From a virus (Duplodnaviria > Caudoviricetes), in IMG/VR virus record IMGVR_UViG_3300032332_001437, positions 1-26,973 of that record: 26,973 nt of DNA, one strand, 5' to 3'. The position numbers and the translations under genes were made by a program. This document shows positions 17,098-24,264 of the stretch, piece after piece; within the stretch, counting starts at the first letter, position 1, and every line of letters begins with the position of its first letter. The notes under the pieces are model-generated. The model was not told the DNA's origin. It worked only from the letters and a program-made list of their open reading frames with translations, and made no database searches.

Positions 17098-17407
17098 GGT
17101 GGTTCTCCGTGATGGCGCAGACCATGGCCGCGCGTCCGCTTTCCTGATTCCTGATCTCGCCCGTCGCGGAGATCAGTCCTAGCCGGCGCAGGTCGCTGCA
17201 CCGCTTCCAGTATCCGGCCGTCGCGTCGAGTCCGGCAGCAGTAGCGGCCTGTTCGTCCGTGAGGCCCGCGTTGCCGGCCCGTCGGTATGCCTCGAGCAGC
17301 GACGCCCTATGGGACGAAGCCGCTGTCAGGCTACGGGCCGCCATGGAACTGGTGGCGGGATCGGTCGCGCGATGGTTCAGAGAGGAGAAGAGGTCAGGTT
17401 CATTCAT
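17084..17407 (-). CDS. Winged-helix DNA-binding protein
   Basis: RATDPATS...GLTDEQ...WKRCSDLRRLGLI..TGEIR...SGR pattern of a common phage wHTH family. Confidence 0.7.
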   Translation of the reverse strand: MNEPDLFSSLNHRATDPATSSMAARSLTAASSHRASLLEAYRRAGNAGLTDEQAATAAGLDATAGYWKRCSDLRRLGLISATGEIRNQESGRAAMVCAITENHHAVP

Positions 17408-17831
17408 CGTCGGAATCCTCCTCCTCGTCCTCGCCGGCTTCCTCGGCCTCGAGTGACTCGAGATCGTCCTCGTCGAGGACTGGATGGCCCTCGAGTTCGT
17501 CGCGGGCGTCGAGGCAGATCTCGATGGATCGCTTCGCGTGTGGCGAGACGGCGATCCACTCGACCCATCCGACTAGGAAGTGCCGTTCCCGCACGACGAT
17601 GTGACCGCAGCAGAAGTCCGACGCCTCGTCGCCTCCGGACTTGATGAAGTCCTCGGTGTCGTCATCCTCGACCTGCTCGAGCCGTTCGACGATCGTCCTG
17701 AAGTTGGACCGTTCGACGCTGTCGCTGTCGCGCGACTGTCCGACGGGCGCGACCTTCCATCCGTCCCATTGCGCGCCGAAGTAGTGCGCAGGGCATTTCC
17801 AGTCCTCGAGCGGTTCGCGTCGGTCGGTCAT
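17400..17831 (-). CDS. Hypothetical acidic protein
   Basis: ATGA overlap at 17831; RDSDSVERSNF, HFLVGWVE and HPVLDEDD motifs with a D/E-rich tail. Confidence 0.75.
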   Translation of the reverse strand: MTDRREPLEDWKCPAHYFGAQWDGWKVAPVGQSRDSDSVERSNFRTIVERLEQVEDDDTEDFIKSGGDEASDFCCGHIVVRERHFLVGWVEWIAVSPHAKRSIEICLDARDELEGHPVLDEDDLESLEAEEAGEDEEEDSDDE

Positions 17832-18022
17832 GGATCCTGCCTCCTCAACTTGATCGCCCTGTCCATGCAGAAGCACAGGCGGATCTTCGCGTTGTTCGGG
17901 ACGTGGACTACCTCGACGTATCCGATCTCGTTCCCGTCCTTGATGAACATCATCCGTTCGCCTTCGCGGCAGTCGCGGCTGACAGTTCCGAATCCCGTCG
18001 GTTGTTCGTTCGGTTTGGTCAT
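17828..18022 (-). CDS. Divergent CsrA/RsmA-like RNA-binding protein (64 aa)
   Basis: ATGA overlaps at both ends. SRDCREGERMMFI...VEVVHVPNNAKIRLCFCMDRAIKLRRQD parallels CsrA TRRVGETLMIG...[27 protein letters not shown], and the length matches. By-eye alignment only. Confidence 0.55.
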   Translation of the reverse strand: MTKPNEQPTGFGTVSRDCREGERMMFIKDGNEIGYVEVVHVPNNAKIRLCFCMDRAIKLRRQDP

Positions 18023-18264
18023 CGGCGGGCCTCCCCACGGGCGGCCGGGCGCGAAGCCCGGCCAACCCGCTTCGTCGGGGAGACAGCCGCATCGTGCGGT
18101 TCCGACGGCGCACATCCTACACGCCAACGAACCATTCGCGCCACCCAAGTGATGGCTGCAAGTTCGTCGGCGTCGGACGCCGACGTGCGCGATGCGATCT
18201 TCTCGAGTCCGCGTGCGACGGACGCGGAATAGTGCGGCCGTCTGTTCAAGTGCATTGCATTCAT
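18019..18264 (-). CDS. Hypothetical basic protein
   Basis: 81 aa, ATGA overlaps at both ends. Confidence 0.6.
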   Translation of the reverse strand: MNAMHLNRRPHYSASVARGLEKIASRTSASDADELAAITWVARMVRWRVGCAPSEPHDAAVSPTKRVGRASRPAARGEARR

Positions 18265-18653
18265 GGGTTCAACTCCGTGTCATGGCCGTCCGGAACGGCG
18301 TCGGGATTCCTGATGCTCGAGTTCCACATGTCGCGGACGCGCTGCGACGAGATGTAGCCCTTGATAAGATGGGAGAGGTGGATGGTCTGCTCGATCGCGT
18401 CGTCCATCGCCGTCAGCACCTGCTGATCGAAGACGAGACGAGGCCACAGGCGCGTCTGAAGTCCGTCGCGCCGGTCGTGCAGGAACAGGGTGCGCCATTC
18501 GACGTCGCACGTGGTCGCAGACGTGGCTGTCGCGACTGCCATGACGGTCAGCGCGGACTTTCCCTGCGGCCCCTCGAGTTCCACGATCACGTCCATGTGC
18601 TGTGCGCCACCGAACATCGTGCGCCAGTCGATGGTTGCGTTGACGACCTTCAT
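18261..18653 (-). CDS. Hypothetical protein
   Basis: ATG 18653 (MKVVNATIDW...) with ATGA overlap and GGAG upstream. Confidence 0.65.
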   Translation of the reverse strand: MKVVNATIDWRTMFGGAQHMDVIVELEGPQGKSALTVMAVATATSATTCDVEWRTLFLHDRRDGLQTRLWPRLVFDQQVLTAMDDAIEQTIHLSHLIKGYISSQRVRDMWNSSIRNPDAVPDGHDTELNP

Positions 18654-18889
18654 CGCTTCGCTCCGTTCGGAGCGCATTCCATGACGATGATGTCGCCGAT
18701 CACCGATCCGGTCGCCTGATCGACGCGGGCGATGTGGATCAGGTCGGTCTTCCGCATCTCGCAGTACATGACCTTGGTGTCGAGACGCCAACCGTTGCCG
18801 TAGATCTCGACGATCATGCCGTCACGCTTGTTTCCGAGCCGAGTCGACTCGCCGTTCTTTGAAAGGATTCGTCCTCGAAGGTGTGCCAT
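18650..18889 (-). CDS. Hypothetical protein
   Basis: MAHLRGRILSKNGESTRLGNKRDG...GW; GGAGAC SD before ATG 18889. Confidence 0.7.
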   Translation of the reverse strand: MAHLRGRILSKNGESTRLGNKRDGMIVEIYGNGWRLDTKVMYCEMRKTDLIHIARVDQATGSVIGDIIVMECAPNGAKR

Positions 18890-18919
18890 CGCTGTCTCCG
18901 TTTCTGCGGCTCCTGCCGC
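18890..18919 (-). promoter_or_regulatory. Leader hairpin plus SD, copy C
   Basis: GCGGC-AGGA-GCCGC-AGAAAC-GGAGAC-AGCG-ATG. Confidence 0.7.
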
Positions 18920-18924
18920 CGTTG

Positions 18925-18958
18925 AAAGCGGCCGCGCGGGATTCCTCCCGCGCGGCCG
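18925..18958 (-). terminator. Terminator-like hairpin with a weak U-tract
   Basis: CGGCCGCGCGGGA-GGAA-TCCCGCGCGGCCG then CTTTC; outer stem matches the terminator at 2481-2518. Confidence 0.6.
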
Positions 18959-18965
18959 GTGCATG

Positions 18966-19292
18966 TCAGAACGAGTAGTCGAAGTACTCTTCCCGGTAGT
19001 CGATGACGATCGGACTGGATCCGACCTTCAACTGTCCGTCCTTCGGACGCGCCGTGAACAGGATGCCGTTCGGATCCCGCTCGTAGCGATACTTCTGAGA
19101 ATCGCACATCCCGTTGCCGTCGATGCGAGTCGCGATGTCGCGCTGCAGGACGATCTGCCTGACCGTGCCGGCCTTCGCGCCGGTCTTGAACGACTTGATG
19201 CCGACGATCGTGCAAGCGGTTCGGTCGGAGAAGTGGATGATGGTCGCGCCCATTCCGATGGCAGGTTCGACGGTCTTCGTTGCGTTGTTCAT
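18966..19292 (-). CDS. Hypothetical early protein
   Basis: First gene after promoter repeat B; PAIGMGATIIHFSDR...YREEYFDYSF. The longer ORF-track start runs through the promoter. Confidence 0.8.
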   Translation of the reverse strand: MNNATKTVEPAIGMGATIIHFSDRTACTIVGIKSFKTGAKAGTVRQIVLQRDIATRIDGNGMCDSQKYRYERDPNGILFTARPKDGQLKVGSSPIVIDYREEYFDYSF

Positions 19293-19431
19293 GGTGGTCT
19301 CCTTGTTTGCGACTCCGTGTCGCGATGCAACCAATGTAACACAGGACAGAACGTATGTCGACCGTTTGACCGCGAATCCGCAACATTTCCCGCAAATATT
19401 TGGGAAACGGCCGTAGCACCCTAGAAACGCG
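19288..19431 (-). promoter_or_regulatory. Early promoter/leader repeat B
   Basis: TCGACA (19356-19361) N17 TACATT (19333-19338) with extended TG, then GCGAC-ACGGA-GTCGC-AAACAA-GGAGAC. Ungapped match to 21513-21656. Confidence 0.85.
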
Positions 19432-19448
19432 GGTGCCACGGCCGTCGA

Positions 19449-19973
19449 TCACTTGATGCTGATTCGATTCCCGCGCTCGAGCAGCGATGCGAACGAAAGC
19501 ACATCGCCGGCTTCGATCCGGGCGCGGATCGCGTCCTTGTCCGGCGTGACGACGGTCTCGCGTCGGACGGCCCACGCCGGCAGTTCGTCGACGCCGACGC
19601 GGATGTCGAGCGGAGCCTTCCCGCCGTTCTTCGCCAACGCGACGCGGAAGCGTTCGGTCTGAACCGGCTTGATGTTGCGCGTCGCGAACACGAAGCGGAG
19701 GCGTTCCCGAAGCGCGGCCGACGCGCGTTGATCCGCGAGAGAGAGATCGGCGATGCGCCGGGCTTCGGCCGTCCGCGCATCGGCGCGTGCCTCGATCTCT
19801 TGGATCAGGCAGATGTAGTTCTCCAACTTCGCGACGAGGTTCGTCTCCAGTTCCGCTTCCCATGCCTCGATCGCGGACGCGACGGCGGGATCTGTCATGT
19901 CTCCACCCGACTCGAGCAGCAGCGTCTCGAGCGCTGCCATGTCGGATCCGATCTCGTACAAGGTCCTTGTCAT
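19449..19973 (-). CDS. Siphovirus Gp157-family protein
   Basis: TLYEI start, KLENY...EARRI coiled coil, FRVALAKNGG, PDKDAIR...LERGNRISIK. Confidence 0.85.
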   Translation of the reverse strand: MTRTLYEIGSDMAALETLLLESGGDMTDPAVASAIEAWEAELETNLVAKLENYICLIQEIEARADARTAEARRIADLSLADQRASAALRERLRFVFATRNIKPVQTERFRVALAKNGGKAPLDIRVGVDELPAWAVRRETVVTPDKDAIRARIEAGDVLSFASLLERGNRISIK

Positions 19974-19983
19974 CTCAACCCTT

Positions 19984-20532
19984 TCAGCGGACGATGCCGC
20001 AACTGCCGGCGACGGTGGAGCGAACGTCGCTCCCCTCGCTGCGGACGTGGAAAGTGAGGTCTGCGTACTTCGCGAACGTGTCGCGCGGTTCGACCGTCGC
20101 GATGGTGCCGGCGTCGTCGATCCAGTACACGTCGATTCCGATCGCGAACGGGCCGAAGCCCTGCTTGACGAGGAACTCGGAGGTCTCGTCATACGTCGCA
20201 TGCGTGTAGAACGGATCCGGCCGAGTTCCCTCGAGCGGATTCCGCAGGTCGAATCCGATCGCCTTCATGTGCGATCCCGTCGCGCGGATCTCGTCGGCAG
20301 GGCCGAAGTGCGCGATGGGCACGACGGAGTGCGCGGGAGAATCGCCTCCGACCAGTTCGCGAGTCGCGTCGATCGTCGCGCCGGTCTCGGACGAGCGGGC
20401 TAGTTCGGTCAGGAGCGCGCCGAGCGTCGCGTCCGAATCACGCATGCGATGCTCGAACTTGATCGCCGTCAGTCTGCCGGCGATCCGCATGTAGTAGTTG
20501 ATGCGATAGCCTGTGGTCTTCCAGTAACTCAT
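19984..20532 (-). CDS. Hypothetical protein
   Basis: 182-aa ORF with AAGGA SD that fits the gene packing. Confidence 0.7.
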   Translation of the reverse strand: MSYWKTTGYRINYYMRIAGRLTAIKFEHRMRDSDATLGALLTELARSSETGATIDATRELVGGDSPAHSVVPIAHFGPADEIRATGSHMKAIGFDLRNPLEGTRPDPFYTHATYDETSEFLVKQGFGPFAIGIDVYWIDDAGTIATVEPRDTFAKYADLTFHVRSEGSDVRSTVAGSCGIVR

Positions 20533-20548
20533 GGTCAGGTTCCTTGGG

Positions 20549-20977
20549 TCAGGGTGCGGTCAGGACGCCGTATTTCAGGCGCATGTGCGTGTCCCACGAT
20601 TCGCGGATCACGCGATAGACGATGTCGTCGAGCGCGACGGCGAGGCGCGTGTATCGCGAACTGCGACGCTCGATGTCGGCCGCATACTTCACGACCAACG
20701 CGAGATCGGCGACGTCCTCGGATCGGAGTGCCGGACATCGGACGAGCGTTCCGATCAGTTCGCGGCTCGATGTGTTCCCGTTGCCGCCGTTCCCGTACAC
20801 CTCGAAGTAGAGGTTGCCGATCAGGCGAAGCCATTCGCCGTGATCCGTGTCGGCGCGTCCGGTCAACGGGACGAGTTTCAGCGTGAGCAGGTCGTACTCG
20901 CGCTGCATCGGCCCGTGGCCGTTCCAGTACGAAGGGTTGTAGCGCGATGGGCAGACGATGGTGGTGGTGTTGTTCAT
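20549..20977 (-). CDS. Hypothetical early protein
   Basis: YWNGHG...LVPLTG...GEWLR...YFEVYGNG pattern that recurs in phage early genes. Confidence 0.75.
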   Translation of the reverse strand: MNNTTTIVCPSRYNPSYWNGHGPMQREYDLLTLKLVPLTGRADTDHGEWLRLIGNLYFEVYGNGGNGNTSSRELIGTLVRCPALRSEDVADLALVVKYAADIERRSSRYTRLAVALDDIVYRVIRESWDTHMRLKYGVLTAP

Positions 20978-20992
20978 GGTGGGATCCGTTCG

Positions 20993-21517
20993 TCAGCGAG
21001 TCTTGAAGAAGTAGAGGCGCGTGGAGGTCTCGACGAAGAATCCGTCTCCGTCGTTGCCGGCGTCGGTCGCCTTCCGGTCGCGGAGCGCGTTGATCATCTT
21101 GGTGCGCGTCGCCTTCATGGTGCGAGGTTCCTCGCTGTAGTTGCCGCGACAACCACAGGCGCATCCGGGCCTGCCGCTGTATGATCGCTTGATCGTCGAC
21201 GCGTCGACCTCGAGGAGATCCTTCAGCAGTCCGGCGAATCCGTCGGCGATGATCTGCTCTGCAGCGGTCTTCGCTTCGGCGATGACGTCGACGTCGTCGA
21301 CTGCGGACGGACGGACGTTCAAGGTCAACTGCAGCCGGTTGCAGCACGACACGATGTAATCGGCCGCGCGCTTGGCCTTGCCCGAGTTGATGTCCCTGAT
21401 CGCCGCAGAGAGATAGTTCTTCGCGTCGCGGCAGTTCCACTCCTCGCTCCAGTCGCGCGGACGATGGGACTCGATCTGTTCGTTCAGGGCGTTCGTGATG
21501 TCGGTGAGAGTCTTCAT
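20993..21517 (-). CDS. Hypothetical early protein with CACGC motif
   Basis: First gene after promoter repeat A; YSGRPGCACGCRGNY. Confidence 0.78.
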   Translation of the reverse strand: MKTLTDITNALNEQIESHRPRDWSEEWNCRDAKNYLSAAIRDINSGKAKRAADYIVSCCNRLQLTLNVRPSAVDDVDVIAEAKTAAEQIIADGFAGLLKDLLEVDASTIKRSYSGRPGCACGCRGNYSEEPRTMKATRTKMINALRDRKATDAGNDGDGFFVETSTRLYFFKTR

Positions 21518-21656
21518 GGTGGTCTCCAGTTCAGCGGCTCCGTGCCGCGATGTGATCAATGTAACATCAGACGAGACCGATGTCGACCGTTTGGTGGTGA
21601 ATCCGATACATTTCCCGCAAATATGTTCAAATCGGCCGTAGGGCCCTAGAAACGCG
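21513..21656 (-). promoter_or_regulatory. Early promoter/leader repeat A
   Basis: TCGACA (21581-21586) N17 TACATT (21558-21563), then GCGGC-ACGGA-GCCGC-TGAACT-GGAGAC. Ungapped match to 19288-19431. Confidence 0.85.
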
Positions 21657-21666
21657 CCCACGGCGT

Positions 21667-21731
21667 CAGCCTATAGGCGTGGGCGTTCGGTCGTCCGTTC
21701 GGACGGAACGGCTAGGACTGGCTCCTACTGG
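21667..21731. repeat. Intergenic CTAG/CTATAG element, copy 2
   Basis: Matches 1351-1428; ggctcctactgg (21720-21731) recurs inverted at 14741-14752. Confidence 0.6.
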
Positions 21732-21732
21732 C

Positions 21733-22290
21733 TCACGACGGCTTCCGGACGGCCTTCCCGTTCGACGGATACGCACGACGGTAGAACGCCGTCGCCGGCA
21801 TCCCGTCGATCTCCCGTTCAGACGACAGATCCGAAACGGCAACCACCCACGTCGTCGGCCAGTTCTGCGGATCGACGTCGGCCGGACGCACCCAACCGAT
21901 CGACTCGAGGAACGCCTTCGCGTCCTCGATCCGCTTGGCGTCGGCCGAGCGGATCGCGCGACGCAGCATCGAGATCTCCACTTCGACTGCCGTGACTCCG
22001 ATCTTCATCTGTGTCGCGCTCCTTGCCCTTTCCTGTTCCGCTCGTTCGCGTCGACGCTGTTCCGTCGCGCGGGTGATCTCACGGTCGATGTACTCGCGAT
22101 ACTTGGCCGGGATGAATCGGCCGACGGATCCTCCGTAGTCTACAGCGTACGCCTCGAGCGCACGGTCGCAGACGTCGTGGTCCTGATCGCGAAGCCACTT
22201 GCGTTGGATCGTCCAAATGTCCTCGTCCATGTGTCCTCCGAATAGGCAGCGGACGCGCTTGCAGAGCGAGGTCAGTTCGTTCGTCGTCAT
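21733..22290 (-). CDS. Replication-associated protein, G39P helicase loader/inhibitor-like N-terminus
   Basis: MTTNEL...W...LRDQDHDVCDRALEAY...FIPA pattern; AGGAG SD before ATG 22290. Confidence 0.5.
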   Translation of the reverse strand: MTTNELTSLCKRVRCLFGGHMDEDIWTIQRKWLRDQDHDVCDRALEAYAVDYGGSVGRFIPAKYREYIDREITRATEQRRRERAEQERARSATQMKIGVTAVEVEISMLRRAIRSADAKRIEDAKAFLESIGWVRPADVDPQNWPTTWVVAVSDLSSEREIDGMPATAFYRRAYPSNGKAVRKPS

Positions 22291-22300
22291 GTGTCTCCTG

Positions 22301-22376
22301 TCTCTCTCTGCGTCCTGCAGAGGGTGATGAAGAAGAGAGAGAGAGGGTGCGTGTCGAAAGACACCTCTCTCTCTCC
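22301..22376. repeat. (GA)n/(TC)n inverted repeat in a non-coding gap
   Basis: gagagagagag...gtgtc-GAAA-gacac-ctctctctctc, plus a further tctctctct tract at 22301. Confidence 0.75.
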
Positions 22377-22474
22377 TCCACCGACGTCGCAACGAATATT
22401 GCCGCTCGAGCGCAAAGTCCATCCCGAGATCGCCACCTTGTTGCAAATCGCCAAGAATGTTCTCCGTCGAACTG

Positions 22475-22517
22475 AAAAGGCGGGAACGGACGCGCACGAA
22501 CTGCGCCCGTTCCCGCC
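22475..22517 (-). terminator. Rho-independent terminator after the bet-HTH unit
   Basis: GGCGGGAACGG-GCGCA-loop-TGCGC-GT-CCGTTCCCGCC followed by TTTT. Confidence 0.8.
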
Positions 22518-22527
22518 CGGATGGTGC

Positions 22528-22884
22528 TCATCGAGCCGATGCGCGGATCGCGATCACGGAACGCATCGCGCGTTGAACGAGGTCGAAGCGCACGACGGCG
22601 TCGCATAGTTCCCATTGCGCCTCGCGACGTCGCACCGTCGCGTTCGTGATTCCGATCGCCCGTGCGACGGCCGTTCGGCTCGGACGGACGTGCAGCGGCA
22701 TCAGGTCGTAGATGATCCCGACGCGCGCGACCGGACGCGACGATGCCACCGACGTGTCGTTGGAGACGATCCGCGCGACGGCGTCGGCCTCGTCGATCGT
22801 CACGGGACGGAAGACAGCGGGATCCTCAGGCGCGATCCCGAGTTGCCGGCGCATACAGACCGATCCGGGAAGCGACGCCTTCAC
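22528..22884 (-). CDS. Putative HTH DNA-binding protein
   Basis: GTGA overlap with the bet stop; [19 protein letters not shown] helix-turn-helix pattern. Confidence 0.6.
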   Translation of the reverse strand: MKASLPGSVCMRRQLGIAPEDPAVFRPVTIDEADAVARIVSNDTSVASSRPVARVGIIYDLMPLHVRPSRTAVARAIGITNATVRRREAQWELCDAVVRFDLVQRAMRSVIAIRASAR

Positions 22885-23840
22885 TTTCCACCTCCCGCGT
22901 CGCCGACGAACGACCTGATGATGCGCTTGCCGTTGGACTGCGTCTCGATCTCGACGACCGAACCGACCTCGAGCGCGATGTTGGCCTCGATCCGCGCAGC
23001 GATATCGCTGTCGAGGCATGCGAACGGCTTGTCATCGCCTTCCGCGTCGATCCTCCAGACGCGGCCCTTCGAGGTCTTGACCGGAGCGATGGACGACGAC
23101 GCGCCGATGATGAACTGCGCATATGCGTCCGACGCGTCATCCGATTCCGAAGATGCCGAGGCGGGAACGGAGGAGAACAGACGACGGTTGTCCTCCCGGC
23201 GTTCTTCCGTAGTCGGTGCGACGGGCGCGTCAAGGGCGACGCGGGCGACGAGCGACGCCTCCGACTGCTCGGTCTGCGTCGCCTGTGCCATCTCGTCCGT
23301 CGTGTACAGGCCCGACAGTTCGGCCGGGAACGCCTTGCGGAGCGCAAGGGCCTCCGCGCACTTCGACAGCATCAGCGCCGGCATCTTCGCCCACATCCGC
23401 GTGACGTTCCCGTCGCGATCGGTCTGTGCGTATTCCGACCACAGCGCGATCGCATACAGCGGTTCGCGGAATCCGCGACGGTGGACGCCGACGCGGGCCG
23501 CGATCGGCGGCTTGGACGAAAGCCACACGTCGCGCCACACGCCGTCGTCGGCGCACCACATCGCCGGCACCTGTCCCTCGTACTCGTTCGACCGCTGCGC
23601 GATCAGACGAGCGCCGTCGATCGAGATCTGAGTCTGCATGACTTCGCGACGTTCCTTCGCATCCCACCGCTTGACCGCGAAGATTTGCCTCGCGAAAGGA
23701 TCCAGTCCTGTTCGGTCGCAGATGCGGGAGAAGAGTTCCATCTCGTCGGGCGTCGCGCCCTTGCAGATGGTGCGCTTCAGGAGTTCGAGCCGTTCCGATG
23801 CGGCCGCTGCGCGGACGATCGCCATCTGTTGATCACTCAC
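22881..23840 (-). CDS. bet: Single-strand annealing recombinase, Red-beta/RecT family
   Basis: [25 protein letters not shown] and [23 protein letters not shown]...GLYTTDEM motifs. Confidence 0.93.
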   Translation of the reverse strand: MSDQQMAIVRAAAASERLELLKRTICKGATPDEMELFSRICDRTGLDPFARQIFAVKRWDAKERREVMQTQISIDGARLIAQRSNEYEGQVPAMWCADDGVWRDVWLSSKPPIAARVGVHRRGFREPLYAIALWSEYAQTDRDGNVTRMWAKMPALMLSKCAEALALRKAFPAELSGLYTTDEMAQATQTEQSEASLVARVALDAPVAPTTEERREDNRRLFSSVPASASSESDDASDAYAQFIIGASSSIAPVKTSKGRVWRIDAEGDDKPFACLDSDIAARIEANIALEVGSVVEIETQSNGKRIIRSFVGDAGGGK

Positions 23841-23922
23841 GGTGACCTCCGTCGCTGTTGAGAAGTGCGGATGCCGTCGCGACGGGCGCGATGGCGACGA
23901 TGCCGTATGCTGTACTTGTCAT
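23833..23922 (-). CDS. 29-aa leader ORF overlapping the bet start
   Basis: GGAGAC SD then [29 protein letters not shown]; its stop overlaps the first 8 nt of bet. Confidence 0.5.
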   Translation of the reverse strand: MTSTAYGIVAIAPVATASALLNSDGGHRE

Positions 23923-23970
23923 TTGGTCTCCAGTTCAGCGGACACCGTGTCCGCGTCGGACATCGTATCG
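23923..23970 (-). promoter_or_regulatory. Leader hairpin plus SD, copy D, with a possible -10 (TACGAT)
   Basis: GCGGAC-ACGGT-GTCCGC-TGAACT-GGAGAC-CAA-ATG; spacer identical to copy A. Confidence 0.65.
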
Positions 23971-24021
23971 GCCTTCATGCCAAGCGCCACCCACATTTCC
24001 TCGGCATCCCTGCATCCGTCG

Positions 24022-24264
24022 ATGAAGAGCCGTCGCGTGCGTCGGCACCTCGAGGAGACGCGCGTCCGTCTGTTGTCGGCGAGGGCGATAGCCGGATACG
24101 AGCGCCGTATCGGATCGTCCGCAGACATCGAAGTCGCCGACATGCGGTTGCTCGATCTGCTGACGGCCGCACTCGACCTCGCCGACGACGGAGATCTACA
24201 GATGCTCGTCTCGTATGCGCGTACTAGTCTGATCGTCGCGATCACGCGATCAGCGAATCGCTGA
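24022..24264 (+). CDS. Possible small divergent protein (80 aa)
   Basis: Fills the gap at the late/early boundary, GC-rich third positions, helical-looking sequence; no SD and no recognisable family. Confidence 0.35.
   Translation: MKSRRVRRHLEETRVRLLSARAIAGYERRIGSSADIEVADMRLLDLLTAALDLADDGDLQMLVSYARTSLIVAITRSANR

Noticed and set aside
19293-19439. Apparent paralogous N-termini (MAPAFLGCYGRF... and MGAFLGPYGRF...) of ORFs 18966-19439 and 20993-21661
   Set aside because: They are translations of the duplicated promoter; the real starts with SDs are at 19292 and 21517.
19288-21656. CRISPR array, att sites or IS ends
   Set aside because: Only two diverged copies with promoter anatomy; no spacers, integrase or transposase in the window.
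22291-22474. tRNA gene in the intergenic gaps
   Set aside because: No cloverleaf with a T-loop consensus and acceptor stem could be built.
22881-23840. bet without an adjacent exonuclease as a novelty
   Set aside because: Unpaired annealing proteins are common, and a partner could lie outside the window.
23919-24245. 108-aa minus-strand ORF upstream of bet
   Set aside because: Ser/Arg-rich, low-quality sequence that runs through leader D; no support as a gene.
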